NCBI GenBank assembly: GCA_023132995.1
Contig: JAGLXI010000243.1
Span: forward strand, 1-28,717
Reading direction: 5' to 3'
Source of the DNA: Candidatus Zixiibacteriota bacterium
Lineage (GTDB): Bacteria > Zixibacteria > MSB-5A5 > GN15 > FEB-12
Length of the DNA stretch: 28,717 bases
Below the pieces are notes generated by a model. The model searched no databases. It saw only the letters and a program-made list of their open reading frames with translations, and was not told where the DNA came from. Each line of letters begins with the position of its first letter. Position 1 is the first letter of the stretch. The position numbers were made by a program, and so were the translations under genes. Positions 18,212 through 27,594 of the stretch are shown here, piece by piece.

Positions 18212-18344
18212 AAGTTAAACCGGACGCAGAACAGGGGCAAGCGGTTTCTCGGGACAGGTCGCGCTGGGTCTCATGGCGAGCGGCCGCGATGCGACCAGAA
18301 GGCTCACCAAAACCGCTTGCACTGAGAACTTGACGGCCTATTTT
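18212..18344. promoter_or_regulatory. Divergent promoter pair with an 11-bp inverted repeat at both -35 regions
   Basis: Minus TTGCCC-N17-TAACTT (18240-18212). Plus TTGCAC-N16-TATTTT (18317-18344). GCAAGCGGTTT (18237-18247) is the reverse complement of AAACCGCTTGC (18310-18320). Confidence 0.5.
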
Positions 18345-18453
18345 GCCGTTGGGGAATTATTGCGGGAGTATCCTGTCCGCATCCCCGAGGAAGGCTGGCC
18401 GGGAAACCCGGTCACAAGATTTCAAGCCGCTGGCTCAGACACTGGGAGTACCA

Positions 18454-18792
18454 ATGAAGTTTACTGATTCGCTTGAGGGAGACATCGTCTGTTTTGAGAT
18501 GTCCGGCAAGATTATGGGTGGAGAGAACACGACTCTATTCTACGGCAAGGTTTGCGAATATGTCAACCTCAACAAGAAGAGCATCATACTCGACATGGCC
18601 AAGGTCGACTGGATCAACTCGATCGGCCTGGGCATGCTGATTACAGCCCTGACCACCACGCGAAACGCCGGTGGGCACCTGGTATTGTGCAACATTGACA
18701 AAATCGAGAATCTTCTCACGGTCACGCGCCTGATCACGGTCTTCGATCACTTCGATTCGCGGGAGCAGGCAACAGCTTCTTTTAGCAACTGA
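18454..18792 (+). CDS. STAS-domain anti-sigma factor antagonist (RsbV/SpoIIAA-like)
   Basis: Start at ATG 18454 (GGGAG RBS), 112 aa. 'IILDMAKVDWINSIGLGMLI' keeps the phospho-acceptor Ser. Also 'LLTVTRL..VF'. Confidence 0.9.
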   Translation: MKFTDSLEGDIVCFEMSGKIMGGENTTLFYGKVCEYVNLNKKSIILDMAKVDWINSIGLGMLITALTTTRNAGGHLVLCNIDKIENLLTVTRLITVFDHFDSREQATASFSN

Positions 18793-18876
18793 GTCCCGGA
18801 ACACCAAGGCCAAGCCGATCCCCAAGACGATTTCCCTTCGTCACCTGTCGTCAGGCGTCGTGCAGGGAGAGGCTGT

Positions 18877-19170
18877 CCCAAAAGATTCCGTGGGCGTCTG
18901 CCGCCCCGGTTGTTCTATGTCAAGACATTGTTTACAGGTTGTATCCAGTCTCCGAGCAAAACCTGGATTCCGGGTCAAGCCCGGAATGACAATGGGTAGT
19001 TGCGTCGGGTGGCCGTTTCAAACTTGTTTGGAACGGGAATTCAGCCCGGGAAGAGACACCCCCAAGTTTGAGGATGCCACCCAGCAGGCATTGCCGGTTT
19101 TATCCGTGGGCGGCGACTCCCTCGGTCTGCCAATGACCGACGTCCACCCGGATGTGTTTGAGGGGATGGA
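18877..19170. repeat. Second mosaic cluster of REP-like / dRS3-like palindromes between convergent genes
   Basis: CCCAAAAGATTCCGTGGG (18877-18894); CTGGATTCCGGGTCAAGCCCGGAATGAC (18963-18990); GTGG-CCGTTTCAAAC-TT-GTTTGGAACGG (19009-19036) with a degenerate inverted partner (19057-19080); TCGGTC-N7-GACCGA (19122-19140). Confidence 0.75.
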
Positions 19171-19187
19171 GGGGGTTGGGGTCGGCC

Positions 19188-20270
19188 TCAGTGAGTATCC
19201 GAAGCTGCGGCACCCGTAATGTTCAAACGGGGGGCAAGTTCGGGTATAGAACGTAATTTCTCAAGGATCTTCTCGCAGGCAGGGTCCACGTTATGTGGAT
19301 CAAGCGAAACACCCTGAATACGACTCATAAGACCATAAGGCTTTTCGTAGACTGCTTCCCCGGTCATTAAGGGGCATACTGTCTTGTCTGAACCCATAGC
19401 CCAGCCACATTCTTGGTTCGTCCATAGGGACTTCCAGAATTCCTTTGTCAACAGGAGAACAATCACATCACAGGCGATTAGTTCTTCTATTATCTGAGAC
19501 ATCCAGAACACCGATACATGAAGGTCGTCGTGCGCCATGAAAACCTGAATACGATCGTTTATCAGTCCATCCTTTACTTTACCGGCCAGGTCTTTGTCAT
19601 GAGTCGAGTAGCTCATAAAGATTTTGACCTTGGTTGACACGATATCGTTGCGACTCTTGAGGAGGTCTTCGATTTCTCGTTGCTTGGCCGGATCCGGGTT
19701 GATCTTGTACAATAGCACCTTATCGACAAATCGTGGGAACTCCTTCCACCCCCTTATGCTAACAAACAGACCACCCTCCGTAAGGTCCTTTAGCCAGTCA
19801 GTCAGATCTTTTTTGCTGTCATAGAAGTTGTCCTGCAGGTGCGGAAGCCCCACTCCCTGCTGAGGCCACTTACTATTAATCGCTCCTATGAATTGCAAAA
19901 TCTCCAGCTTAAGCTGCTGTGGCTCCAACACCCTTGACTGCACTTGCTCATCAAGGGCTTTTTGAGTCAGGAGAAACTCCGACTCTTCAGGGTTAAGCGC
20001 CTTGGAAACCAAGCCAAACCGTATCGCTGTGTCATGAGTGCGGGGACTGACAACTTCTTGAGCGTCAATTTCGGCCACGCGGCTTGACACCTTAACCACA
20101 AACTGCATTCCTTCCTCCGCCGTTGGAGAGGAAGAGTCTCTGAATGCATACCAGACTGGTATTTGGTTCAGAGGTTGAGATGTCGTATTCGGCCCAGCCT
20201 GGCCGACGTCCACCCTGAATCGATACGGTCGACCGTCTATTACCGATAGCACATCGCTGAAGTGATCCAC
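19188..20270 (-). CDS. TIR-domain protein (C-terminal TIR) with an unassigned N-terminal region of about 210 aa
   Basis: 'KIFMSYSTHDKDLA...VFMAHDDL...ACDVIVLLLTKEFWKSLWTNQECGWA' keeps the catalytic-position Glu. GTG start directly after the secA stop. Lower GC than secA. Confidence 0.85.
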   Translation of the reverse strand: MDHFSDVLSVIDGRPYRFRVDVGQAGPNTTSQPLNQIPVWYAFRDSSSPTAEEGMQFVVKVSSRVAEIDAQEVVSPRTHDTAIRFGLVSKALNPEESEFLLTQKALDEQVQSRVLEPQQLKLEILQFIGAINSKWPQQGVGLPHLQDNFYDSKKDLTDWLKDLTEGGLFVSIRGWKEFPRFVDKVLLYKINPDPAKQREIEDLLKSRNDIVSTKVKIFMSYSTHDKDLAGKVKDGLINDRIQVFMAHDDLHVSVFWMSQIIEELIACDVIVLLLTKEFWKSLWTNQECGWAMGSDKTVCPLMTGEAVYEKPYGLMSRIQGVSLDPHNVDPACEKILEKLRSIPELAPRLNITGAAASDTH

Positions 20271-23246
20271 CTACTCCCCCTTGCCGTGGCATTTTTTGAA
20301 TTTCTTGCCGGAGCCGCAGGGGCAGGGATCGTTGCGGCCGACCTTGGGCATCTGACGACGAAAAGTGCGGTCCTGCTTGCCGGCCTGGGAAGCCTCGGCC
20401 ATGGGGTTTTTCTCCTGTGGAGCACCGTCCACCGACGGTGGCGGGGCGGACAGGCCCATGCCGGTCGAGTCGGCGTGCGAGGTGACCATCTGTGGTTCGC
20501 GGCGGCGCTCGGAGCGTGACTTCTCAGGCACGTTCACCCGCAGCTTGTAGACGAGATTGACAATCTCCCGGTCGACCGTCTCAACCATGCCCTGGAATAT
20601 CTTGAACGCCTCGCGCTTGTAGATGTCTATCGGTTTGCCCATCCCGCCGTGGTAGGCCCGCAGGCCGATCCCCGCCCGAAGCTCCTCGACTTCGGCAAGG
20701 TGGTCGCGCCAGTGGCGGTCGATTGTCGACAGTACAGCGTAGCGCTCCAACTGGCGCATGACTTCCTCGCCGTAAGTGGCTTCCTTCTGCGTGTAGAAAG
20801 CCATGATCGCCCCCAGGATCTTCTCCTTGAGCGATTCGCGCGTCAGCTTCTCGATATCCTCCGGCTTGAACTGGAGGTTGAGCAAGTAGATATTGCGCAG
20901 TTCCTCGGTGAAGCCCTTCAGGTTCCACTCCTCGGGGTAAGTCTTCTCTGGGCAGTGGACGTCGATAAGACCCACGAGGACATCTTCGATCAGCTCCACT
21001 ACTTCGTCCTTGATCGATTCCCGTTCGAGGGCGGCCAGGCGGCGCTCGTAGATCCATTTGCGCTGGACGTTCATCACGTCGTCATAGTCGAGCGTGTGTT
21101 TGCGGATGGCGAAGTTCTGGGCCTCGACTTTTTTCTGTGCCCGTTCAATGGCCTTGGTCACCATGCCGTGAGCGATGACCTCGCCTTCCTCGACACCCAG
21201 CTTGTCCATGACCGTGCCCAGGCGGTCACCGCCGAACAGGCGCATGAGGTCATCCTCGAGCGAGAGGAAAAACAGCGAAGAGCCGGGGTCGCCCTGGCGG
21301 CCGGCCCGTCCGCGCAACTGGCGGTCGATACGCCGTGATTCGTGACGCCCCGTGCCGACGATGTGCAACCCGCCGCGTTCCACCACGCCCTTACCGAGCT
21401 TGATGTCCGTGCCGCGCCCGGCCATGTTGGTGGCGATCGTCACGGCACCGCTACCTCCGGCGTGGGCAATGACCTCCGCCTCTTTCTGGTGGTGCTTGGC
21501 GTTGAGGACGTTGTGCGGTATTCCGGCTCTCTTGAGCATGCGGGAAAGGGTCTCGGAGACGTCGACCGTGACAGTGCCCACGAGTGCCGGCTGGCCCTTT
21601 TCGTGCTTCTCTCTTATCTCCTCGATGATGGCATTGTATTTCTCATGGCGGGTACGGTAGATCCGGTCGTCCCGGTCATCGCGCACGACCTGTACATTGG
21701 TCGGAATGACCATGACGTCCAGCTTGTAGATGTCGAAAAACTCTTGCGCCTCGGTTTCGGCGGTTCCGGTCATGCCTGCGAGCTTGTCGTACATGCGGAA
21801 GTAGTTCTGAAGAGTCACCGTCGCGAGCGTCTGCGATTCCGCTTCGATGCGAACCCCCTCCTTGGCCTCGATAGCCTGGTGGAGGCCGTCGCTGTAGCGG
21901 CGACCGGCGAGGATACGGCCGGTGAACTCATCGACAATCATCACTTTGCCGTCCTGGACGACATATTCGGCGTCCTTCTCATACAGCGAATAGGCGCGCA
22001 GGAGCTGGCTTATGGCATGCACTTTCTCGGAGCGTTCGCCGTGGACGCGGTAAATCTCGTCCGTCTTCTGCTGACGCTCTTCGGCCGAGAGTGACTCGTC
22101 GCCGTCAAGCTCCGAGAGCATGGTGGAGATGTCCGGTATTTCGAACAGCTTCTGCTCCTCGGGGGACAGTTGCATCGTGCCCGTGTCGGTCAGGGCGATG
22201 GTGTGCTCCCGCTCGTCAATGAAGTAGTGGAGGTGGTCGTCGATCTCGTGCAGTTTCTTGTCGCGCATGAAAGCTGACTCGACGCTCGTCATCAGCTTTT
22301 TCATGCCCGGCTCTTTGAGAATTTTGAGCAGTCGTTTGGCCTTGGGAGCACCCCGGTTAACCGCCAGCAACTGGATGCCGGCCTCGAATTCGTCTTCGGC
22401 TTTCTCGCCGGCAAGCAGCTTTTCCGCGTTAGAGAGCATATCGTTGATAAGCACCGTCTGCTTGCGGACGATCTTCTCGACCGTCGGCTTCATCTGGCGG
22501 TAGCGGTCATGCCCCGACGATTCCACCATGCCGGAGATTATCAGGGGGGTTCGGGCCTCGTCGACAAGGATGGAGTCGACTTCGTCAATAATGGCATAGT
22601 GGAAATTGCGATGGGCGCGGTCTTCGGCCCGCTGGCACATGTTGTCTCGAAGGTAGTCGAACCCGAACTCATTGGCGGTGCCGAAAGTGACGTCGCACGA
22701 GTACATTTCGCGGCGCTCGGCGTTGGTCATCTGGTTCTGGATAACGCCCACGGTGAGGCCGAGATACTCGTAGATCTTGCCCATCCAGTCACAGTCGCGG
22801 CGGGCGAGGTAGTCATTGACCGTGACGATATGAACTCCCTTGCCTTCCAGGGCGTTGAGATAAACCGGCAACGTGGCCACGACCGTCTTGCCCTCGCCGG
22901 TGGCCATCTCAGCGATCTTTCCCTGGTGGAGCGCGATCCCGCCGATAAGCTGAACGTCAAAGTGGACCATGTTCCACTCGGTCTCGATTCCGGCCACGTC
23001 CCACGTTTGACCCAGATGACGGCGGCAGGCCTCTTTGACCACGGCGAACGCCTCCGCCATGATGTCATCGAGCGTCTCACCGTCCTCAAGACGCTTTCTG
23101 AAATCGTCAGTCCTGGCTTTGAATTCGTCTTCGCTCTGCTTCTGCAGTTCGTCGTAGAACTGGTTTATCTCATCCACCAGCGGCTGCATCTTTTTGGCGT
23201 CCCGCTCGTGCTTGGTGCCGAATATCTTTGTGATCAGGTTCTTCAT
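20271..23246 (-). CDS. secA: Preprotein translocase subunit SecA
   Basis: [51 protein letters not shown] and C-terminal Zn motif [14 protein letters not shown]. Confidence 0.99.
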   Translation of the reverse strand: MKNLITKIFGTKHERDAKKMQPLVDEINQFYDELQKQSEDEFKARTDDFRKRLEDGETLDDIMAEAFAVVKEACRRHLGQTWDVAGIETEWNMVHFDVQLIGGIALHQGKIAEMATGEGKTVVATLPVYLNALEGKGVHIVTVNDYLARRDCDWMGKIYEYLGLTVGVIQNQMTNAERREMYSCDVTFGTANEFGFDYLRDNMCQRAEDRAHRNFHYAIIDEVDSILVDEARTPLIISGMVESSGHDRYRQMKPTVEKIVRKQTVLINDMLSNAEKLLAGEKAEDEFEAGIQLLAVNRGAPKAKRLLKILKEPGMKKLMTSVESAFMRDKKLHEIDDHLHYFIDEREHTIALTDTGTMQLSPEEQKLFEIPDISTMLSELDGDESLSAEERQQKTDEIYRVHGERSEKVHAISQLLRAYSLYEKDAEYVVQDGKVMIVDEFTGRILAGRRYSDGLHQAIEAKEGVRIEAESQTLATVTLQNYFRMYDKLAGMTGTAETEAQEFFDIYKLDVMVIPTNVQVVRDDRDDRIYRTRHEKYNAIIEEIREKHEKGQPALVGTVTVDVSETLSRMLKRAGIPHNVLNAKHHQKEAEVIAHAGGSGAVTIATNMAGRGTDIKLGKGVVERGGLHIVGTGRHESRRIDRQLRGRAGRQGDPGSSLFFLSLEDDLMRLFGGDRLGTVMDKLGVEEGEVIAHGMVTKAIERAQKKVEAQNFAIRKHTLDYDDVMNVQRKWIYERRLAALERESIKDEVVELIEDVLVGLIDVHCPEKTYPEEWNLKGFTEELRNIYLLNLQFKPEDIEKLTRESLKEKILGAIMAFYTQKEATYGEEVMRQLERYAVLSTIDRHWRDHLAEVEELRAGIGLRAYHGGMGKPIDIYKREAFKIFQGMVETVDREIVNLVYKLRVNVPEKSRSERRREPQMVTSHADSTGMGLSAPPPSVDGAPQEKNPMAEASQAGKQDRTFRRQMPKVGRNDPCPCGSGKKFKKCHGKGE

Positions 23247-23280
23247 ATCCTCGCGCAGTCTTAAGCGTTAAGTCACTCTG

Positions 23281-23309
23281 AGCATACGAAATTCACGCCG
23301 TCAAGGCAA
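23281..23309 (-). promoter_or_regulatory. Putative sigma70 promoter of secA
   Basis: Minus strand TTGCCT-N17-TATGCT. Confidence 0.55.
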
Positions 23310-23528
23310 TCACAGTGTTTTGGGCCAATTGTGGGCGGCACCGGCGTTGCTGGTTTTTACGGATTGGTACCCTACCTAAAACAGGGGCGGCAGGTGGTGT
23401 ACTTCCTTTTACCCACTCGATGCTGTCTGTGTGGGGTACCTCTGTTGTGCTCCACGCCGATCAGACAATGGACGCTGGCCAGTTTGTTCTTGATACCTGA
23501 CAACAGGCGCGGTAGATTCCATCTGTAT

Positions 23529-24434
23529 ATGGAAGAGCAGATACAGGGAATCGTCGTCGCCACCAGGGGGCGGCTGTTCGAGGTGTGCGCGGCTGACGCT
23601 TCGCGGTTGAAATGCGAAATACGCCGGAAGGTGAAGACTGACTCCGACCAGACGACGCCGGTGGCAGTCGGGGATGACGTCCTGGTATCGCCGGGCACAG
23701 GCGACAGTGGCGTGATCGAGAAGGTTCTGCCCCGGCGGACATCGTTCAGCCGACCGGCCACGGGGATGGAAGGCCGGAAGCAGGTCATAGCGGCCAACTT
23801 AGAGCAGTTAGCCGTGGTTGTGTCGATCAAATCTCCCGCGTTGAAACCGGGGCTGATCGACCGTTGCCTGATCGCGGCGCAGGTCGGCTCGCTGGAGCCG
23901 CTGATAATCGTAAACAAGGTCGATCTGGGATGGTCACCTGAGGCCGACGCCGTCGTTACCGTTTACCGTGAAATCGGCTACCCGGTCTTCCTGGTCTCCG
24001 CCCTTGAGGGTACCGGCGCCAACGACCTGAAAAGGCAACTGGTCGGGCGGCGAACTCTCCTGACAGGTCACTCGGGAGTAGGTAAGTCGGCTCTCCTCAA
24101 CCACCTGATTCCGGGTCTTGAGCAAAAGACGCTGCATGTGTCGGCCGCCAGCAACCGTGGCCGACACGCCACCTCCAGTATCGAGTTATTTGAACTTCCC
24201 TTCGGCGGCTTTGTGGTCGACTCGCCCGGCCTGAAAGTGATGGGGCTATGGGAGGTGGACAAGGATGAACTGCCGCATTATTATCCGGAGTTCGAGGTAC
24301 ACGCCGGACAATGCCGGTTCCAGCCTTGCAGCCACACGCACGAACCGGACTGTGCCGTCAAAGCGGCCTGCGAGCAAGGCGAGGTCCACCGCCTTCGGTA
24401 CGACAACTACACGGCTATTCGCGCGTCCCTGTAA
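23529..24434 (+). CDS. rsgA: Ribosome small subunit-dependent GTPase A
   Basis: Circularly permuted GTPase: [19 protein letters not shown] and DSPG, plus Zn finger [16 protein letters not shown]-fold 'VAVGDDV'. Start moved to ATG 23529; TTGATA-N17-TAGATT lies upstream. Confidence 0.95.
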   Translation: MEEQIQGIVVATRGRLFEVCAADASRLKCEIRRKVKTDSDQTTPVAVGDDVLVSPGTGDSGVIEKVLPRRTSFSRPATGMEGRKQVIAANLEQLAVVVSIKSPALKPGLIDRCLIAAQVGSLEPLIIVNKVDLGWSPEADAVVTVYREIGYPVFLVSALEGTGANDLKRQLVGRRTLLTGHSGVGKSALLNHLIPGLEQKTLHVSAASNRGRHATSSIELFELPFGGFVVDSPGLKVMGLWEVDKDELPHYYPEFEVHAGQCRFQPCSHTHEPDCAVKAACEQGEVHRLRYDNYTAIRASL

Positions 24435-24497
24435 ACGCGCAAGCGGGAATGCCAACTTTAACAAATACCTGTAACTTACCGATAAGGTAGATACAAT

Positions 24498-25400
24498 ATG
24501 GCGTCAAAGAACATTGAATTCCAAGTCGGCGTGATTATCCTAATCGGCGCTCTCATACTGGTGGCGTCGCTATACTGGCTTCAGGGTTACCGGCTTTCGA
24601 CCAGCTCGGACACGATCCGGGTGCTGTTTGGCGATGTCGGCACCCTCGCGGTGGGTGACAAGGTGACCGTTTCCGGTGTGCGGAAGGGAAAGGTCAGTGG
24701 CATGCGGCTCACCGAAGGCGGTGTGGAAGTGGAAATCCTGCTGAGCCGGGATGTGACTCTCAGACGCGACGCGCGGTTTGTGATCAAGAACTTAGGCCTC
24801 ATGGGCGAACGTTTCATCGCCATATCTCCCGGCAGGGACTCCGTGGAATTCGATTACTCCATACCTGTTGCGGGTCTTTATGACACCGGCCTCCCCGAAG
24901 TCATGGGGCTGATGGGAGAGATGATCACCGAGCTGCGCAACCTGGTAGTGTCGTTCAAGCGCACGGTGGGATCGGATTCGTCGCTGCAGAGCTTCAATAA
25001 TACCGTAAGCAACTTAGAGAGCGTCTCCGCCTCTCTGGCATCGTACGTCTCAAGAAACGAGGCCAAGCTGGACAAAACGACGGAGAACTTCCTGGGCGCC
25101 TCGCGGGAATTGAACCGGTTGCTCTCGGCCAACGCAGGCCGAGTCGACTCATCGATCAGCCGCTTCGACCGCATTTCGCACAAGATCGAGATGATTGTGG
25201 TACAGCTTGATACACTGTCGATGTCGGCCCGTGAGTTCGCTGACAATATCAACAATCCCGATGGGACTTTACAGCTCCTGCTTGAGGACCGGCGATTGTA
25301 TGATGACCTTCGCAAAACGGCCGACAATATCGATGATTTGATAAGCGATATCCGCGCCAACCCGCGTAAGTACATAAACCTCACCGTGGAGATATTCTGA
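24498..25400 (+). CDS. MlaD/MCE-family protein
   Basis: 'EFQVG' followed by a TM helix, MCE domain 'F.DVGTL.VGDKVTVSGV..GKV', 'I...GLMGERFI.I.PG', helical tail and 'GTL..LL.D..LY'. Confidence 0.9.
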   Translation: MASKNIEFQVGVIILIGALILVASLYWLQGYRLSTSSDTIRVLFGDVGTLAVGDKVTVSGVRKGKVSGMRLTEGGVEVEILLSRDVTLRRDARFVIKNLGLMGERFIAISPGRDSVEFDYSIPVAGLYDTGLPEVMGLMGEMITELRNLVVSFKRTVGSDSSLQSFNNTVSNLESVSASLASYVSRNEAKLDKTTENFLGASRELNRLLSANAGRVDSSISRFDRISHKIEMIVVQLDTLSMSAREFADNINNPDGTLQLLLEDRRLYDDLRKTADNIDDLISDIRANPRKYINLTVEIF

Positions 25401-25404
25401 CGTT

Positions 25405-27582
25405 ATGGCCAGATTCAAGCTCGCCTTTGGACTACACAACCATCAGCCGATTGGTAACTTCGAAGCGGTTTTCGAGGATGCTCACCAGAAGGCATATCTG
25501 CCGTTTCTGAAACTGATCTCGACGTTTGAGGACTTCCGCTTCTCGCTTCACCAGTCAGGTATCCTGTGGCGTTTCCAGGAACGCACTCACAGCGACTATT
25601 TCCGGCTTATCGGCAAGCTGGTCGACCGGGGACAGGCCGAACTGATGACCGGCGGATTCTACGAGCCGATCCTGAGCTCGATTCCCGAACGCGACGCGCG
25701 CGGCCAGATTTCCGCGCTCAATCGCTACATGAAGGACCACTTCAAGGTGGAGCCGGACGGTCTCTGGCTGACCGAGCGAATCTGGGAACCGCACCTGCCG
25801 AAGCTGCTGGCTCAGTCCGGTGTGAACTATCTGCCGATTGACGACACACATTTTCTCTATGCCGGATTGGAACTGAGCCAATTGACCGGGCCGTTCGTAA
25901 CTGAGAGCGAGGGCCACCTCCTGAGGCTTCTGCCGATTCAAAAGAAGCTCCGCTACCTGATTCCGTTTGGCACGGTCGAGGAGGTTATCGAGGAACTCCG
26001 GGAACAGGCCGAGAGGAATCCATCGGGCCTAGCCGTTTACGCAGATGACGGCGAGAAGTTCGGCGTCTGGCCGCAGACCCACAAGCACTGCTTTGAAGAC
26101 GGCTGGCTGCCCGAGTTCTTCGAGGCAATTCAGAAGAACTCGGACTGGCTGGAGGTTGTGTCGTTAGGTGAGGCAGCCCGGCTGGAACCGGTAGGCCGCG
26201 TCTATCTGCCTACGGCGTCCTACGCCGAGATGCTCCACTGGGCGCTGCCACCGCTGGCTTTCCTGGAATACGAGCAGTTTGAGGAATGGCTCGAAGAACA
26301 GGAGCAGTGGGACCGATACGGCCGATTCGTCCGCGGGGGACACTGGCGGGGCTTTCTCGCCAAGTATGACGAGTCCAACCTGATGCACAAGAAAATGCTC
26401 GCGGTCTCGGAGAAACTCAGGACATACGAGCAGAAACACGCGGATAACCCTCGGCGGGCCGACGCTGCGCGAGACCGCCTCTATGCCGGGCAGTGCAATT
26501 GCCCATACTGGCATGGCGTTTTCGGCGGGCTGTATCTCCCCCACATCCGGCAGGCGGTTTACTCCAGCCTCATCGAAGCCGACTGCATCCTGGATCAACT
26601 GATCGGCGAGCACGGTATCAGGTTTCACGTGTCCGACTACGACGCTGACGGTTCCGACGAAATCATCTGCAGCGGCGGCCCTTTGACGGCCGTCTTCAAA
26701 CCGCGGCGCGGCGGGACACTTCTGGACCTGGCCCTCAATAAGCAACACTTCGACGTCACCGACACCCTTACCCGCCGGAAGGAAGGCTACCATCTGAAGC
26801 TCGACCGCGCCGTCACGGAACAGCCTTCCGAAGACGCAACGGCCTCTATCCACGACCTCGTTCTGGCCAAGGAAGAAGGCCTCAAGCAATATCTGGTTGA
26901 GGACTGGTATCTCAAGCGCTGTTTCATCGACCACTTCCTTACCGGCGATGTCGACTTTGACCGGTTCCAATCCACCCGGTTCGGTGAGGAAGGCGACTTC
27001 ATTCTTGAGCCGTATGCCTTCGAGACCGACCGTGACAACCGCCGCCTGACGCTGACTCGCGACGGCCACCTCTGGCGGCCGGGAGTAAAAATACCGGTGC
27101 GGGTGGTCAAGCACTTCGTTTTCGACCCGTCCGACAACGTAATAAAGATCACCTACGAGATTTCAAGCCCGGCCGAGAGTGAGATTGAGGTGAACTTCGC
27201 CTTGGAAAACAACTTCAACTTCCAGGCCGGTCACGCCGAGGATCGGTTCATTCTGATCGACAACCACCGCCATGCGAACTCCTTTCTCGATGCTCCCGGT
27301 GCCTACGACAACCGCCATGCCTTTGCTATGATCGACGAGTATCGCGGTCTGGCGGTGGCAATTCACGCCGACAGGCCGGGGACGCTCTGGCACATGCCCA
27401 TATTCACCGTGTCTCTCTCGGAGGGCGGCTTCGAGAAAGTCTACCAGGGAACGACCTTCGTCAATGTCTACCGCGTGGTTCTCGGAGACCAGCCCTTCCG
27501 GCTGAATATAGAGCTTTATGCCGGAGCCCTGAAAGGCTATCGAAACCGCCGGGCGACAGCTAAGGTTGCCGGTTCACTGTAA
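25405..27582 (+). CDS. GH57 alpha-amylase / 4-alpha-glucanotransferase (DUF1925/DUF1926 type)
   Basis: HNHQP, GGFYEPIL, WLTERIWEP (nucleophile Glu), DDGEKFG (acid/base Asp), YWHGVFGGLYLPH and 'SLSEGGFEKVYQG'. Confidence 0.95.
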   Translation: MARFKLAFGLHNHQPIGNFEAVFEDAHQKAYLPFLKLISTFEDFRFSLHQSGILWRFQERTHSDYFRLIGKLVDRGQAELMTGGFYEPILSSIPERDARGQISALNRYMKDHFKVEPDGLWLTERIWEPHLPKLLAQSGVNYLPIDDTHFLYAGLELSQLTGPFVTESEGHLLRLLPIQKKLRYLIPFGTVEEVIEELREQAERNPSGLAVYADDGEKFGVWPQTHKHCFEDGWLPEFFEAIQKNSDWLEVVSLGEAARLEPVGRVYLPTASYAEMLHWALPPLAFLEYEQFEEWLEEQEQWDRYGRFVRGGHWRGFLAKYDESNLMHKKMLAVSEKLRTYEQKHADNPRRADAARDRLYAGQCNCPYWHGVFGGLYLPHIRQAVYSSLIEADCILDQLIGEHGIRFHVSDYDADGSDEIICSGGPLTAVFKPRRGGTLLDLALNKQHFDVTDTLTRRKEGYHLKLDRAVTEQPSEDATASIHDLVLAKEEGLKQYLVEDWYLKRCFIDHFLTGDVDFDRFQSTRFGEEGDFILEPYAFETDRDNRRLTLTRDGHLWRPGVKIPVRVVKHFVFDPSDNVIKITYEISSPAESEIEVNFALENNFNFQAGHAEDRFILIDNHRHANSFLDAPGAYDNRHAFAMIDEYRGLAVAIHADRPGTLWHMPIFTVSLSEGGFEKVYQGTTFVNVYRVVLGDQPFRLNIELYAGALKGYRNRRATAKVAGSL

Positions 27583-27594
27583 GCCACGGTCGGA

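Noticed and set aside
19080-19190. att-like duplication of the secA 3' end beyond the TIR gene
   Set aside because: Searched by eye. No direct repeat of meaningful length was found, so site-specific integration at secA is not supported.
18860-19219. 119-aa plus-strand ORF
   Set aside because: It reads through the REP/dRS3-like mosaic and overlaps the TIR stop. No coding signal.
23331-23528. N-terminal extension of rsgA shown in the ORF track
   Set aside because: RsgA similarity begins near MEEQIQGIV (23529), and the upstream region holds promoter-like elements for secA and rsgA.
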